Positions 10,088-22,306 of a stretch of DNA of 64,000 nucleotides are shown here, in pieces; positions within the stretch are counted from its first letter, which is position 1, and each line of letters opens with the position of its first letter. Below the pieces are notes generated by a model. It searched no databases and was not told the origin of the DNA. It was given only the letters and a program-made list of their open reading frames with translations. A program made the translations under genes and the position numbers. The stretch lies in the NCBI GenBank assembly GCA_020445605.1, contig JAGRGH010000054.1:18705-82704 (forward strand), in the 5' to 3' direction. This DNA is from Chromatiales bacterium (GTDB lineage Bacteria; Pseudomonadota; Gammaproteobacteria; JAGRGH01).

Positions 10088-10245
10088 GATCAGATCGTCG
10101 CAAGCTGCTGGACGAAAAAGGTTTTTACGACCGCGGCCGTTCTGGGCGGGCACGGTACCTGATTCGCCCGCGCACCCGCAAGCGGCATGACGGCGTGGCC
10201 GCGTTGCGGTAGAGTCGCTGCGCCCGCGCACGACCCCGGCGATCC

Positions 10246-11439
<1,194 letters not shown>

Positions 11440-11470
11440 ACGTCAGAACGAGGCCGAGGTCGGAGGGCGT

Positions 11471-13195
<1,725 letters not shown>

Positions 13196-13217
13196 GCGGC
13201 CGCGCCAGCAGCAGTTC

Positions 13218-14444
13218 GTGCCGAACTTCCGCTACAAGGCCGCGACCGCGGGTGGTGAAACCGTAGACGGCGAGATCGATGCCGACTCGCGTGCGCGTGC
13301 GGTCGCACAGTTGCAGTCGCAGGGCTACATCCCGATCCGTATCGACGAAGTCCGCGCGCAGTCCACCAGCGGACGTCTGCTGTCGCTGCGGCTCGGCGAG
13401 GGTGGTCGGCGGGTGTCGGCGAAGGAAATCACGCTCATCACCAGCGAACTCGCAACGCTGTTGCGCGCCGGTCTGCCGCTGGATCGTGCGCTGACGATCC
13501 TCATCGAGATCAGCGACACGCCGCGTGTCGTCGAACTGCTCCAGCGCATTCAGAAACAGGTGCGCGGCGGCACTGGACTCGCCGATGCCCTCGAGGCACA
13601 GAGCGGCGTGTTTTCGCGGCTCTATGTGAGCATGGTGCGCGCCGGCGAGGCCGGCGGTGCGCTGGAGACCATTCTCGACCGGCTGTCGAAATATCTCGAA
13701 CGCGCCCGCGAGCTGCGCGCGACGGTGACCAATGCGCTGATCTACCCGACGATTCTTGCGGTCGTCGCGGGGCTGTCGGTCGTGTTTCTGCTGACCTTCG
13801 TCGTGCCGAAGTTCGAACAGCTGTTTCAGGACGCGGGCAAGGCCCTGCCGTTTGCGACCGAGATTGTGATCGCCGCGGGCCGGATCCTGCGGGAATGGTG
13901 GTGGGCGCTGCTGCTCGCGATCGTACTGGGCTGGGCGGCGTTGCGCACGCAGCTCGCAAATCCGGAATTCCGGCGCAGTTGGGACGCGTTCTGGCTCAGG
14001 CGCTGGGTGATTGGCGACCTCATCCGCAAGGTCGAGACCGCGCGCTTCGCCAGGACGCTCGCAACGCTGCTGAACAACGGCGTGCCTTTGCTGTCTGCGC
14101 TTGAGATCGTGCGCGAGACCATCGGCAACCGCGTGCTGGTCGTCGCAATCGCCGACATCACCAAGGGGTTGCGCGAAGGCCAGCGCATCGCCGATCCGCT
14201 GCTTGCGACCGGACTGTTTCCGCCGCTGGCGATCCAGATGCTGAAGGTCGGCGAGGAGACCGGGCAGATGGAAGGCATGCTCGAACAGGTCGCCGAAACG
14301 TATGATGTCGAGGTTCGCAACGCCGTAACGCGGGCCGTTGCGCTGCTCGAGCCCGTGATCATCATCGTGCTCGGACTGCTGGTGCTCGGCATCATCGTCT
14401 CGATCATGGTGGCGATCCTGAGCATCAACGACTTGGCTTTTTGA
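13218..14444 (+). CDS. gspF: Type II secretion system inner-membrane platform protein GspF
   Basis: 408 aa with two GspF/PilC repeats (...LLRAGLPLDRALTIL... / ...LLNNGVPLLSALEIV...). GTG start 22 nt after gspE. Confidence 0.9.
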   Translation: MPNFRYKAATAGGETVDGEIDADSRARAVAQLQSQGYIPIRIDEVRAQSTSGRLLSLRLGEGGRRVSAKEITLITSELATLLRAGLPLDRALTILIEISDTPRVVELLQRIQKQVRGGTGLADALEAQSGVFSRLYVSMVRAGEAGGALETILDRLSKYLERARELRATVTNALIYPTILAVVAGLSVVFLLTFVVPKFEQLFQDAGKALPFATEIVIAAGRILREWWWALLLAIVLGWAALRTQLANPEFRRSWDAFWLRRWVIGDLIRKVETARFARTLATLLNNGVPLLSALEIVRETIGNRVLVVAIADITKGLREGQRIADPLLATGLFPPLAIQMLKVGEETGQMEGMLEQVAETYDVEVRNAVTRAVALLEPVIIIVLGLLVLGIIVSIMVAILSINDLAF

Positions 14445-14478
14445 ACCGCGTAGCGGCGGAACGAACCGGAGATCTGTC

Positions 14479-14916
14479 ATGCAACATCGATCCTGCAATG
14501 CGCCACGCCGGGCGCGCGGTTTCACGCTCATCGAGTTGATGGTGGTCATTGCCATCCTCGCGCTGCTCGCCGGGCTGGTCGGTCCGGCCGTCATGAAGAA
14601 GCTCGGCAAGGCCGAATCCGATGCGGCGCGCCTGCAGATCGAGGATCTGGCCGCCTCGCTGGATCTGTACCGACTGGAGAACGGGCGTTATCCGACGACC
14701 GCGCAGGGTCTGGGCGCGCTGATCGAGGCGCCGGGCGATGCGCCGAACTGGAACGGGCCGTACCTGCGCAAACAGAAGGTGCCGAACGATCCCTGGGGTC
14801 GTGAGTATCAGTACCGCTCGCCGAGCGACCACGGCGACTACGAGATCGTCTCGCTCGGTTCGGACGGCAACGAAGGCGGCGACGGCGACGCGCGCGATAT
14901 CCGCAGCTGGGAGTAG
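14479..14916 (+). CDS. gspG: Type II secretion major pseudopilin GspG
   Basis: Prepilin signature RG|FTLIELMVVIAIL and the conserved GspG C-terminus SLGSDGNEGGDGDARDI. Confidence 0.9.
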   Translation: MQHRSCNAPRRARGFTLIELMVVIAILALLAGLVGPAVMKKLGKAESDAARLQIEDLAASLDLYRLENGRYPTTAQGLGALIEAPGDAPNWNGPYLRKQKVPNDPWGREYQYRSPSDHGDYEIVSLGSDGNEGGDGDARDIRSWE

Positions 14917-14923
14917 CGCCGCC

Positions 14924-15382
14924 ATGGCCGGGCGCCGGACGCCGGCGGGCGGGTTCACAATCCTCGAACTCGTGGTCGTGCTGGCCGTGCTGGCTCTGGT
15001 CGTGGCGCTCGCGGCACCGCGCTTCGCCCGCGGCATCCAGGCCGCGGCGCTCGATTCCACGGCCCGCGAGCTGCTCGCGGGGCTCAAATACACCCGCAGC
15101 CACGCCGTGTCCGAGCACGACGAGGCGGTCTTCTATCTGAACCTCGAGGACCGCTGGTTCCGTCTGCCCGGTTCGGATCGGCGCCACGGTGTTCCGGAGA
15201 ATCTGGATATGGAACTCGTCACCGTCGAATCCGAACGCGACGGCGAGGTCGGCGGCGCGATCCGCTTCTTTCCCGACGGCAGTTCGACCGGCGGACGGGT
15301 GTCACTCGTCGTCGGCGAGCGCAAGCGTCATGTGGACGTGGACTGGATGGGCGGCCGTGTGCGGATCCTCGACGAGTCCTGA
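14924..15382 (+). CDS. gspH: Type II secretion minor pseudopilin GspH
   Basis: MAGRRTPAGG|FTILELVVVLAVLALV prepilin N-terminus; size and position after gspG. Confidence 0.7.
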   Translation: MAGRRTPAGGFTILELVVVLAVLALVVALAAPRFARGIQAAALDSTARELLAGLKYTRSHAVSEHDEAVFYLNLEDRWFRLPGSDRRHGVPENLDMELVTVESERDGEVGGAIRFFPDGSSTGGRVSLVVGERKRHVDVDWMGGRVRILDES

Positions 15383-15794
15383 GCGCTCGCTGCGCGGCGC
15401 GCGCGAGGGCGGATTCACGCTGCTCGAGGTGGTCGTCGCGTTCGCGGTCGCGGCCCTTTCGATCGGCATCATCTACCAGATCTACGCCAGCGGGCTGCGC
15501 GCCACCGCGATGGCCGAAGAGTACACCCGCGCCGCCATGCTGGCCGAGGCCGCACTGGCGCAGACGGGCATCGAGGAGCCGCTCGTCGAGGGCGATCTGG
15601 AGCTGGAGTCTCCCGATGAGGCCTTTCGGCTGGAGCGGAGTATCGAGGCGGTCGAGATCGAGGAACCCGACGGACTCGCCGGCGTGGAGCTGCAGCAGAT
15701 GTATCGCGTCGTAGTGACCGCCCGCTGGGAGGCCGGCGGCAAACCGCGCGAGGTGCGGCTCGAGACACTCCGGCTCGCGAACGTCGAGCCGTAG
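15357..15794 (+). CDS. gspI: Type II secretion minor pseudopilin GspI (start uncertain; overlaps gspH 3' end)
   Basis: GG|FTLLEVVVAFAVAALSIGIIYQ prepilin N-terminus and GspI-like size. Earliest in-frame GTG is at 15357; the leader would be unusually long (~19 aa). Confidence 0.6.
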   Translation: MCGSSTSPERSLRGAREGGFTLLEVVVAFAVAALSIGIIYQIYASGLRATAMAEEYTRAAMLAEAALAQTGIEEPLVEGDLELESPDEAFRLERSIEAVEIEEPDGLAGVELQQMYRVVVTARWEAGGKPREVRLETLRLANVEP

Positions 15795-16015
15795 CGCCGG
15801 TGTTCAGACCGATCCGGTCCGTGCCGAAAGGGCCGCGGGTACGCTGGTCCGCAGGCAGCAGCGACCGGCTTGCGTGGTATTTCAGCTTTCCGTAATATTC
15901 CCGGTTTCGTTGTGTCTGGGCGAACGCGTCGATGGTGCTCAGCGATCCAGAGGCCGGCGACGGCTTTGCCCGGGTCATTTCGCGCCCGAACTGTTCGCTG
16001 AACTGGCGTCAGACC

Positions 16016-16438
16016 ATGCGGTTCTACGCGTGGATGTGCGTGGTGTCGATCGGCATCGCGCTGGTCTTCGCGGTCCAGGGGATATGGATGATCCTGCCGT
16101 TCGCCGGCGCGGAACTGCTGGCGCTCGGTGTGGCGCTGTACTGGGTGGCCTGTCGCACCCACGAGTGCGAGGTCGTCAGCGTCGGGCCGCAGAGCATCGT
16201 CGTCGAGCGCGGGCGCACGGCGCCACGGGTGCACCTGGAATTTCCGCGGGCCTGGACCCGGCTGGAACTCGAGCCGCGGGTCAATGCGTCGCGCTCGCAT
16301 CGCCTGCTGCTGCGGGCGTCGGGACGCAGCACCGAACTCGGCGCGTTTCTGACCAACGCCGAGCGTGAGGAACTTGCCGGCGTGCTGCGAACTGCGATGT
16401 TGCGACCGGCACTGCGTGATGGCGCGCAACGAACATAA
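16016..16438 (+). CDS. DUF2244-like two-TM membrane protein typically found upstream of coxB
   Basis: MRFYAWMCVVSIGIALVFAVQGIWMILPFAGAELLALGVALYWV...; conserved position immediately 5' of coxB in gammaproteobacteria. Confidence 0.5.
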   Translation: MRFYAWMCVVSIGIALVFAVQGIWMILPFAGAELLALGVALYWVACRTHECEVVSVGPQSIVVERGRTAPRVHLEFPRAWTRLELEPRVNASRSHRLLLRASGRSTELGAFLTNAEREELAGVLRTAMLRPALRDGAQRT

Positions 16439-16444
16439 AGACGA

Positions 16445-17299
16445 ATGATTCCTGAAATTGGGAGACCCAAGGCCGTGATTTCGAGCAAAATCGTATTGCG
16501 CACGCTGGTCGCCATGGCGCTGACCATGGTCGGCACGGCGCGTGCCGAATGGGCGCTGAATCTGCCGAAAGGCGTGACGCAGATCAGCCACGAGGTCTAC
16601 GACCTGCACATGATCGTGATGTGGATCTGTGTGGTGATCGGCATCGGCGTGTTCGGCGTGATGTTTTACAGCATTGCCAAGCACCGCAAGTCCAAGGGCG
16701 TGGTTCCGGCGCACTTCCACGAGAGCACGGCGGTCGAGGTGGCCTGGACCGTGATCCCGTTCGTGATCCTGATTGCGATTGCCATCCCCGCGACCAAGAC
16801 CCTGGTCAACCTCTACAACAGCGATGACGCCGACATGACCATCAAGGTCACCGGCTACCAGTGGAAGTGGCATTACGAATACCTCGATGGCAACGTGGCC
16901 TTCTACAGCCAGCTCGACAGCGCGAGCAATGCCGCACGCCAGCTGGGTTCGGGCATCGACCCGAAAACGGTTGAAAACTACCTGCTGAATGTCGACAAGC
17001 CGCTGGTCATCCCGGCCGGCAAGAAAGTGCGTTTCCTGGTCACCGCGAATGACGTGATCCACGCCTGGTGGGTGCCTGCGATCGGCTGGAAGATCGACGC
17101 GGTTCCAGGCTTCGTCAACGAGATGTGGACGAAGGTCGACCAGCCCGGCACCTATCGCGGCCAGTGCGCTGAACTCTGCGGCAAGGATCACGGCTTCATG
17201 CCGGTCGTCGTGGAGGTCAAACCCGAGGCTGAATACCACACTTGGCTGGCCGCCCAGCAGGGCGAGGGCGCGAACACCCGCGTCGCCGTTGCCAACTGA
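16445..17299 (+). CDS. coxB: Cytochrome c oxidase subunit II
   Basis: CuA-centre ligands in HAWWVPAIGWKIDAVPG...GQCAELCGKDHGFM; two N-terminal TM helices. Confidence 0.9.
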   Translation: MIPEIGRPKAVISSKIVLRTLVAMALTMVGTARAEWALNLPKGVTQISHEVYDLHMIVMWICVVIGIGVFGVMFYSIAKHRKSKGVVPAHFHESTAVEVAWTVIPFVILIAIAIPATKTLVNLYNSDDADMTIKVTGYQWKWHYEYLDGNVAFYSQLDSASNAARQLGSGIDPKTVENYLLNVDKPLVIPAGKKVRFLVTANDVIHAWWVPAIGWKIDAVPGFVNEMWTKVDQPGTYRGQCAELCGKDHGFMPVVVEVKPEAEYHTWLAAQQGEGANTRVAVAN

Positions 17300-17322
17300 T
17301 TACGAGACTGGAGAACCGAACG

Positions 17323-18906
17323 ATGAGCACTGCGACTGCAACGCACGACGACGCGCATCATGATCACGGCCCGGCCTCGGGGCTGTGGCGCTGGGTCACG
17401 ACGACCAACCACAAGGACATCGGTACGCTGTACCTGATCTTCGCCATGGTGATGTTCTTCATCGGTGGCGCGATGGCGATGGTGATCCGCGCCGAGCTGT
17501 TCCAGCCCGGACTGCAGGTCGTCGATCCGCATTTCTTCAACCAGATGACCACGCTGCATGCGCTGGTCATGATCTTCGGCGTGGTCATGCCGGGTTTCAC
17601 CGGGCTTGCCAACTGGCAGATTCCGATGATGATCGGCGCGCCGGACATGGCGCTGCCGCGCATGAACAACTGGAGCTTCTGGCTGCTGCCGTTTGCGTTC
17701 AGCCTGCTGCTGCTGACGCTGTTCATGAATGGCGGTGGGCCGGCTGCCGGCTGGACTATGTACCCGCCGCTGGTGCTGCAGGGTGGTGACGGATTCCCCT
17801 TCATGGTGTTCGCGATTCACCTGGCCGGCATGTCGTCGATTATGGGTGCGATCAACATCATCGTCACGATCCTGAACATGCGCGCGCCCGGCATGTCGCT
17901 GATGAAGATGCCGCTTTTCGTCTGGGCCTGGCTGATTACCGCCTACCTGCTGATCGCGGTGATGCCGGTACTGGCCGGTGCCGTGACGATGCTCCTGACC
18001 GACCGCTTCTTCGAGACCAGCTTCTTCACGGCCGGCGGTGGCGGTGACCCGGTGATGTTCCAGCACATCTTCTGGTTCTTCGGGCATCCCGAGGTCTACA
18101 TCCTGATTCTGCCGGCGTTCGGCGTGGTCTCGCAGATCATCCCGACGTTCGCGCGCAAGACGCTGTTCGGCTACAGCTCCATGGTCTACGCCATGGCATC
18201 GATCGCGTTCCTGTCGTTCATCGTCTGGGCGCACCACATGTTCACGGTCGGCATGCCGCTGATCGGCGAGCTGTTCTTCATGTATGCGACGGTGCTGATC
18301 GCCGTGCCGACCGGTGTGAAGGTGTTCAACTGGGTCGCGACCATGTGGAAAGGCGCGATGACCTTCGAGACCCCGATGCTGTTCGCGCTCGGTTTCGTGG
18401 TGCTGTTCACGATCGGCGGTTTCTCCGGGCTCATGCTCGGCGTGGCGCCGGTGGACTTCCAGTACCACGACACCTATTTCGTCGTGGCTCACTTCCACTA
18501 TGTGCTGGTGTCCGGCGCCATCTTCTCTCTCATCGCCGCGACGTATTACTGGCTGCCGAAGTGGACCGGCAACATGTACGACGAAAAGCTCGGCAAGATC
18601 CACTTCTGGTTGTCGATGATTTCAATGAACGTGCTGTTCTTCCCGCAGCACTTCCTTGGTCTCGCCGGCATGCCGCGCCGCATTCCGGACTATGCCGTGC
18701 AGTTCACCGAGTGGAACGTGATCTCGTCGATCGGTGGTTTCGCCTTCGGTCTCAGCCAGCTGCTGTTCCTTTGGATCGTCATCAAGGCGATCCGCGGCGG
18801 TACGAAAGCGACCGGCCAGGTCTGGGATGGGGCGCATGGTCTGGAGTGGACGCTCCCGTCGCCGCCGCCCTACCACAGCTTCACGGAAGCCCCCGAGGTC
18901 AAGTAA
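17323..18906 (+). CDS. coxA: Cytochrome c oxidase subunit I
   Basis: WVTTTNHKDIGTLYLIFA..., 12-TM haem-copper oxidase signature, HPEVYILILP. ATG at 17323 preceded by GGAGAA. Confidence 0.95.
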   Translation: MSTATATHDDAHHDHGPASGLWRWVTTTNHKDIGTLYLIFAMVMFFIGGAMAMVIRAELFQPGLQVVDPHFFNQMTTLHALVMIFGVVMPGFTGLANWQIPMMIGAPDMALPRMNNWSFWLLPFAFSLLLLTLFMNGGGPAAGWTMYPPLVLQGGDGFPFMVFAIHLAGMSSIMGAINIIVTILNMRAPGMSLMKMPLFVWAWLITAYLLIAVMPVLAGAVTMLLTDRFFETSFFTAGGGGDPVMFQHIFWFFGHPEVYILILPAFGVVSQIIPTFARKTLFGYSSMVYAMASIAFLSFIVWAHHMFTVGMPLIGELFFMYATVLIAVPTGVKVFNWVATMWKGAMTFETPMLFALGFVVLFTIGGFSGLMLGVAPVDFQYHDTYFVVAHFHYVLVSGAIFSLIAATYYWLPKWTGNMYDEKLGKIHFWLSMISMNVLFFPQHFLGLAGMPRRIPDYAVQFTEWNVISSIGGFAFGLSQLLFLWIVIKAIRGGTKATGQVWDGAHGLEWTLPSPPPYHSFTEAPEVK

Positions 18907-18961
18907 CCCGTTCGGCCCGTACGCCCCTTTCCGGGGCGTGCGGCGCGGTTAGCTAAAGCGA

Positions 18962-19090
18962 CATGCAACTGACGATGAAAGACCCAGCCGATCCGGCACT
19001 GCGTCGATCCAATGTGCGGCTCGCCATCATTCTGGCTGCGGTCGCGCTTGTGGTGTTTGTCGGCTTCATCGCGTACACGGGGACGGCGTG
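18962..19090 (+). CDS. Small single-TM protein (42 aa) translationally coupled to ctaG
   Basis: MQLTMKDPADPALRRSNVRLAIILAAVALVVFVGFIAYTGTA. Its stop overlaps the GTG start of ctaG (GTGA). Not in the ORF track because it is under 60 aa. Confidence 0.4.
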
Positions 19091-19642
19091 AGCGACAACG
19101 AGCTCAAGCGTCGTAACCGTCGGCTGGTCACCCGCAGCTGGGCGGTGGTCGTGCTGAGTTTCGCGTTCGGATTCGCGCTGATTCCGCTCTACGACGTGAT
19201 CTGCGAAGTCACGGGACTGAACGGCAAGTCGGCGACCCTGCAGGCCGCGCAGCTGCCACCGAGCTTCGAGCCGGACCCGAGCCGCACGATCACGGTCGAA
19301 TTCGCCGGCTCGCTGAACGAGTACATGCCGTGGGAGTTCCGCCCGACGCACACGACCATGCAGGTGCATCCGGGCGAGATCTACGACGCCGCGTTCATCG
19401 CGCGCAATCGCACGGACCGCGCGATGGTCGGTCAGGCGACGCCGAGCGTGGCGCCTTCCGAGGCCGCGACCTATTTCGTGAAGACGGAGTGTTTCTGCTT
19501 CACGAACCAGCCGCTCGCGGCCGGCGAGGAAAAGACCATGCCGCTGCGCTTTGTGATCGACCCGCGGCTGCCGAAGAACGTCAAGCGACTGACCCTGCAT
19601 TACACATTTTTCGACATGACCGACAAGGCCACGAAAGGCTGA
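19088..19642 (+). CDS. ctaG: Cytochrome c oxidase assembly protein CtaG/Cox11
   Basis: YDVICEVTGLNGK...CFCFTNQ: Cox11 copper-chaperone signature with the CFCF motif. Confidence 0.9.
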   Translation: MSDNELKRRNRRLVTRSWAVVVLSFAFGFALIPLYDVICEVTGLNGKSATLQAAQLPPSFEPDPSRTITVEFAGSLNEYMPWEFRPTHTTMQVHPGEIYDAAFIARNRTDRAMVGQATPSVAPSEAATYFVKTECFCFTNQPLAAGEEKTMPLRFVIDPRLPKNVKRLTLHYTFFDMTDKATKG

Positions 19643-19689
19643 GTGGGTCGACTACATGACAAACTGATTTTCAGGTGAGGATCTGAGAG

Positions 19690-20553
19690 ATGGCACATCA
19701 CGATACCGGACACTATTACGTGCCCCACGGCAGTCACTGGCCGATCCTGGGCTCAATTGGACTGACCGCGCTTGTTTCGGGCGCGGCCATCCTGATGAAT
19801 GGCTATGGCAGTGGCCCGGTTGTGCTGGGCGTTGGCGCCGTCATCGTACTGATCATGCTGTTTGGCTGGTTCGGCACGGTGATCCGCGAAAGCGAAGGCG
19901 GCATCTACAACATGCACGTGGACCGTTCGTTCCGCATGGGCATGGGCTGGTTCATTTTCTCCGAAGTCATGTTCTTCGCGGCATTTTTCGGCGCGCTGTT
20001 TTACGCGCGCGTATTGTCTGTGCCGTGGCTGGGCGGCGATGATGCAGTCACCCATCAGACCCTGTGGGGCGCCTTCCAGGCCATGTGGCCGACCAACGGT
20101 CCGGCGAACATCGGCGGCACCTTCGAGCCGATGGGGGCGTGGGGCCTTCCGGCGCTCAACACGCTGATCCTGTTGACCTCTGGCGTTACCGTGACTTGGG
20201 CGCATCATGCGCTGAAGGCCGACAAGCGCGGTCAGCTCGTGCTGGGTCTGCTGGCCACGGTTGCGCTGGGCTTCCTGTTCGTTGCCTTGCAGGCGTTTGA
20301 ATACCACCACGCCTACAGCGAACTCGGCCTGACGCTGGGCAGCGGTATCTACGGTTCGACGTTCTTCATGCTGACCGGTTTCCACGGCATGCATGTGACC
20401 ATCGGCGCGATCATCCTGACGGTCGTGCTGCTGCGCGCGATGCGCGGCCATTTCACGCCGGATCGGCACTTCGCGTTCGAAGCCGCGGCGTGGTACTGGC
20501 ACTTCGTCGACGTCGTCTGGCTCGGTCTGTTCATCTTCGTTTACTGGCTGTAA
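19690..20553 (+). CDS. coxC: Cytochrome c oxidase subunit III
   Basis: 7-TM subunit III; conserved FMLTGFHGMHVTIG and WYWHFVDVVWLGLFI. Confidence 0.9.
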   Translation: MAHHDTGHYYVPHGSHWPILGSIGLTALVSGAAILMNGYGSGPVVLGVGAVIVLIMLFGWFGTVIRESEGGIYNMHVDRSFRMGMGWFIFSEVMFFAAFFGALFYARVLSVPWLGGDDAVTHQTLWGAFQAMWPTNGPANIGGTFEPMGAWGLPALNTLILLTSGVTVTWAHHALKADKRGQLVLGLLATVALGFLFVALQAFEYHHAYSELGLTLGSGIYGSTFFMLTGFHGMHVTIGAIILTVVLLRAMRGHFTPDRHFAFEAAAWYWHFVDVVWLGLFIFVYWL

Positions 20554-20565
20554 CACAGACCAACG

Positions 20566-20601
20566 AACCGGGGCATGCGCCGAGCGGTGCATGCCCCGGT
20601 T
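20566..20601. terminator. 13-bp-stem hairpin after coxC (putative intrinsic terminator)
   Basis: aaccggggcatgc-gccgagcggt-gcatgccccggtt is a perfect 13-bp inverted repeat, 13 nt after the coxC stop. The following T-tract is weak (tcgcgtattgatt). Confidence 0.45.
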
Positions 20602-20705
20602 CGCGTATTGATTCGGGGGTGTTGCGCGTGCGCGGGGGCACTGTCCGGATGGATCTGCCGCCACCGAACCGGCGCCCGCCGACTGGGCTCAGTCGGTAGC
20701 GGGCA

Positions 20706-20918
20706 TTACTGGCGCAGTCCGTGCGGCTGAATCCAGCCCAGTCCCCAGGCCACGAACAAAAGCAGGAACAGCGCTACGGACAGCCCGATCCGCACGGTCA
20801 GTGCCCTTACGGTGCGGTTGCCCTGGCCGCGGTCGGTCAGCATGAAGCGCATCGCCGAGGCCAGGCTCGCGACGATGGCGATCAGCACGATGACGATGAC
20901 AATCTTCGTGAAATTCAT
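20706..20918 (-). CDS. Twin-transmembrane-helix small protein (DUF2909-like), cox-cluster associated
   Basis: MNFTKIVIVIVLIAIVASLASAMRFMLTD...LSVALFLLLFVAWGLGW, 70 aa. Only this C-terminal part of the 336-aa tracked ORF looks real. Confidence 0.6.
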   Translation of the reverse strand: MNFTKIVIVIVLIAIVASLASAMRFMLTDRGQGNRTVRALTVRIGLSVALFLLLFVAWGLGWIQPHGLRQ

Positions 20919-20972
20919 GTTCGCGGGCCTTGAAGCGGGCAGGAATTGTAGCATCGCCCGGGGGTTGTCCCG

Positions 20973-21695
20973 TTGAGCCCCGGGCGCTGTCGGTGGTCGC
21001 CCGCGGCCGTTGTACTGTTGCTTTGCGGTACCGCAGTCCTCGCGGGGCTGAGCCTGTGGCAATGGTCGCGCTCCGGCGAGAAGCAGCGGCTGATCGATGA
21101 ACGTGTGGCCGCCGAGGCGCATGGACAGTTCGCCACCCCGGAGTCGATTCGCGCTGATCCGGGCCGATTCCGGTACTGGCAGTTCGATGCGGACGGACGG
21201 TATCTCGCCGGGGCGAACTGGTTGATCGACAATCAGGTGCGCGACGGACGGCTCGGCTACTCGGTGCTGAGCCTGTTTCGGACCAGCGACAGCGAACTTG
21301 CACTGATCGTCGATCGGGGCTGGATTCCGGCCGATGCGGCGGGAGTCGCGGACGGGCTGGATGGCCCGGGTGCATCCAGCCGGATACGCGGCCGGCTCGT
21401 CGATGCGCCGGATGTCGGTCTGCGACTGGGTAGCGCGGCGGAAATGGCCGTTCCCGGCATCGTGCAGTACCTGGATATCGATGCCGTTTCGGCGCGACTT
21501 GGAAGGCCGCTGCTGCCGCTGGTGCTGGAACTCGATGCGGACGCACCGGGCGCATTCGAGCGCAGGCGGGTCAGTGCGGACCCATTCGGTCCGGACAAGC
21601 ATCGCGCGTACTCTGTTCAGTGGGCCCTGCTCGCGGTCGTGTACGTCATCGTATTCACGCTCGCGCGCTGTGCACGTCGTGGAGAAGGCAAATGA
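20973..21695 (+). CDS. SURF1-family cytochrome oxidase assembly protein
   Basis: N- and C-terminal TM helices, central periplasmic domain, C-terminal YSVQWALLAVVYVIVF typical of SURF1. TTG start per ORF track; true start uncertain. Confidence 0.8.
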   Translation: MSPGRCRWSPAAVVLLLCGTAVLAGLSLWQWSRSGEKQRLIDERVAAEAHGQFATPESIRADPGRFRYWQFDADGRYLAGANWLIDNQVRDGRLGYSVLSLFRTSDSELALIVDRGWIPADAAGVADGLDGPGASSRIRGRLVDAPDVGLRLGSAAEMAVPGIVQYLDIDAVSARLGRPLLPLVLELDADAPGAFERRRVSADPFGPDKHRAYSVQWALLAVVYVIVFTLARCARRGEGK

Positions 21696-22306
21696 ACACA
21701 TCGCAATCTGCTTCACAGCGCCCCGCCGCGTCCGGGAGCGGGCGGCGTACGCTCGTGCTCGTGTTTCTGCTCGGCGCGGCGCCGGTCGTCGGCGCGTACC
21801 TGCTGTTCTATTTTTTTCCGGACTGGATACCGCGTTCGACCATCAACCACGGCACGCTGGTGTCGCCGGCCCGGCCGCTTTCCGTTGAGAAGATCGTCGA
21901 TGCCGATGGCAAGCCGCACGGCATCGAATTTCTGCGCGGACACTGGACCTATGTGCATTTCGTCGATGGCGGCTGCGACGACGACTGCGCGAATGACCTC
22001 GTCGCCACGCGCCAAGTGCGCCTGACCACCGGCAAGGATATACAGCGCGTGCGCAGGGTCCTGGTTGCGTCCGGCAGTGCGGTTGCGGGCCTGCGCTCGC
22101 AGCTGCTCGCGGCGCATCCCGATCTCATGATCGTGTCGCTTTCGGGCGATGCGGTCGCCTTCCGTGGACAGTTCGAGTCGGCGACCGGTGCGCGCATGTT
22201 CCTGGTCGACCCAATCGGCAACTTCATGATGTATTACGTCGACCGTGATCCAAGCGCCATGCGCAAGGATCTGGCTCGCCTGCTGAAGGTCTCGACCGTT
22301 GGCTGA
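21692..22306 (+). CDS. Cox-cluster membrane protein with SCO1/SenC-like thioredoxin-fold motif (variant CxxxC = CDDDC)
   Basis: N-terminal TM (LVLVFLLGAAPVVGAYLLFYFF). GHWTYVHFVDGGCDDDCAN resembles the SCO motif GHW..L.FFG.T.CPDVCP. ATG overlaps the SURF1 stop (ATGA). Confidence 0.5.
   Translation: MNTSQSASQRPAASGSGRRTLVLVFLLGAAPVVGAYLLFYFFPDWIPRSTINHGTLVSPARPLSVEKIVDADGKPHGIEFLRGHWTYVHFVDGGCDDDCANDLVATRQVRLTTGKDIQRVRRVLVASGSAVAGLRSQLLAAHPDLMIVSLSGDAVAFRGQFESATGARMFLVDPIGNFMMYYVDRDPSAMRKDLARLLKVSTVG

Noticed and set aside
15482-17239. 585-aa minus-strand ORF
   Set aside because: Antisense to coxB and the DUF2244 gene, with low-complexity Arg/His/Asp-rich composition typical of high-GC antisense frames.
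20706-21716. 336-aa minus-strand ORF antisense to SURF1
   Set aside because: Only the last 70 codons encode a recognisable DUF2909-type twin-TM protein. The remainder is antisense to a confidently called SURF1 gene.
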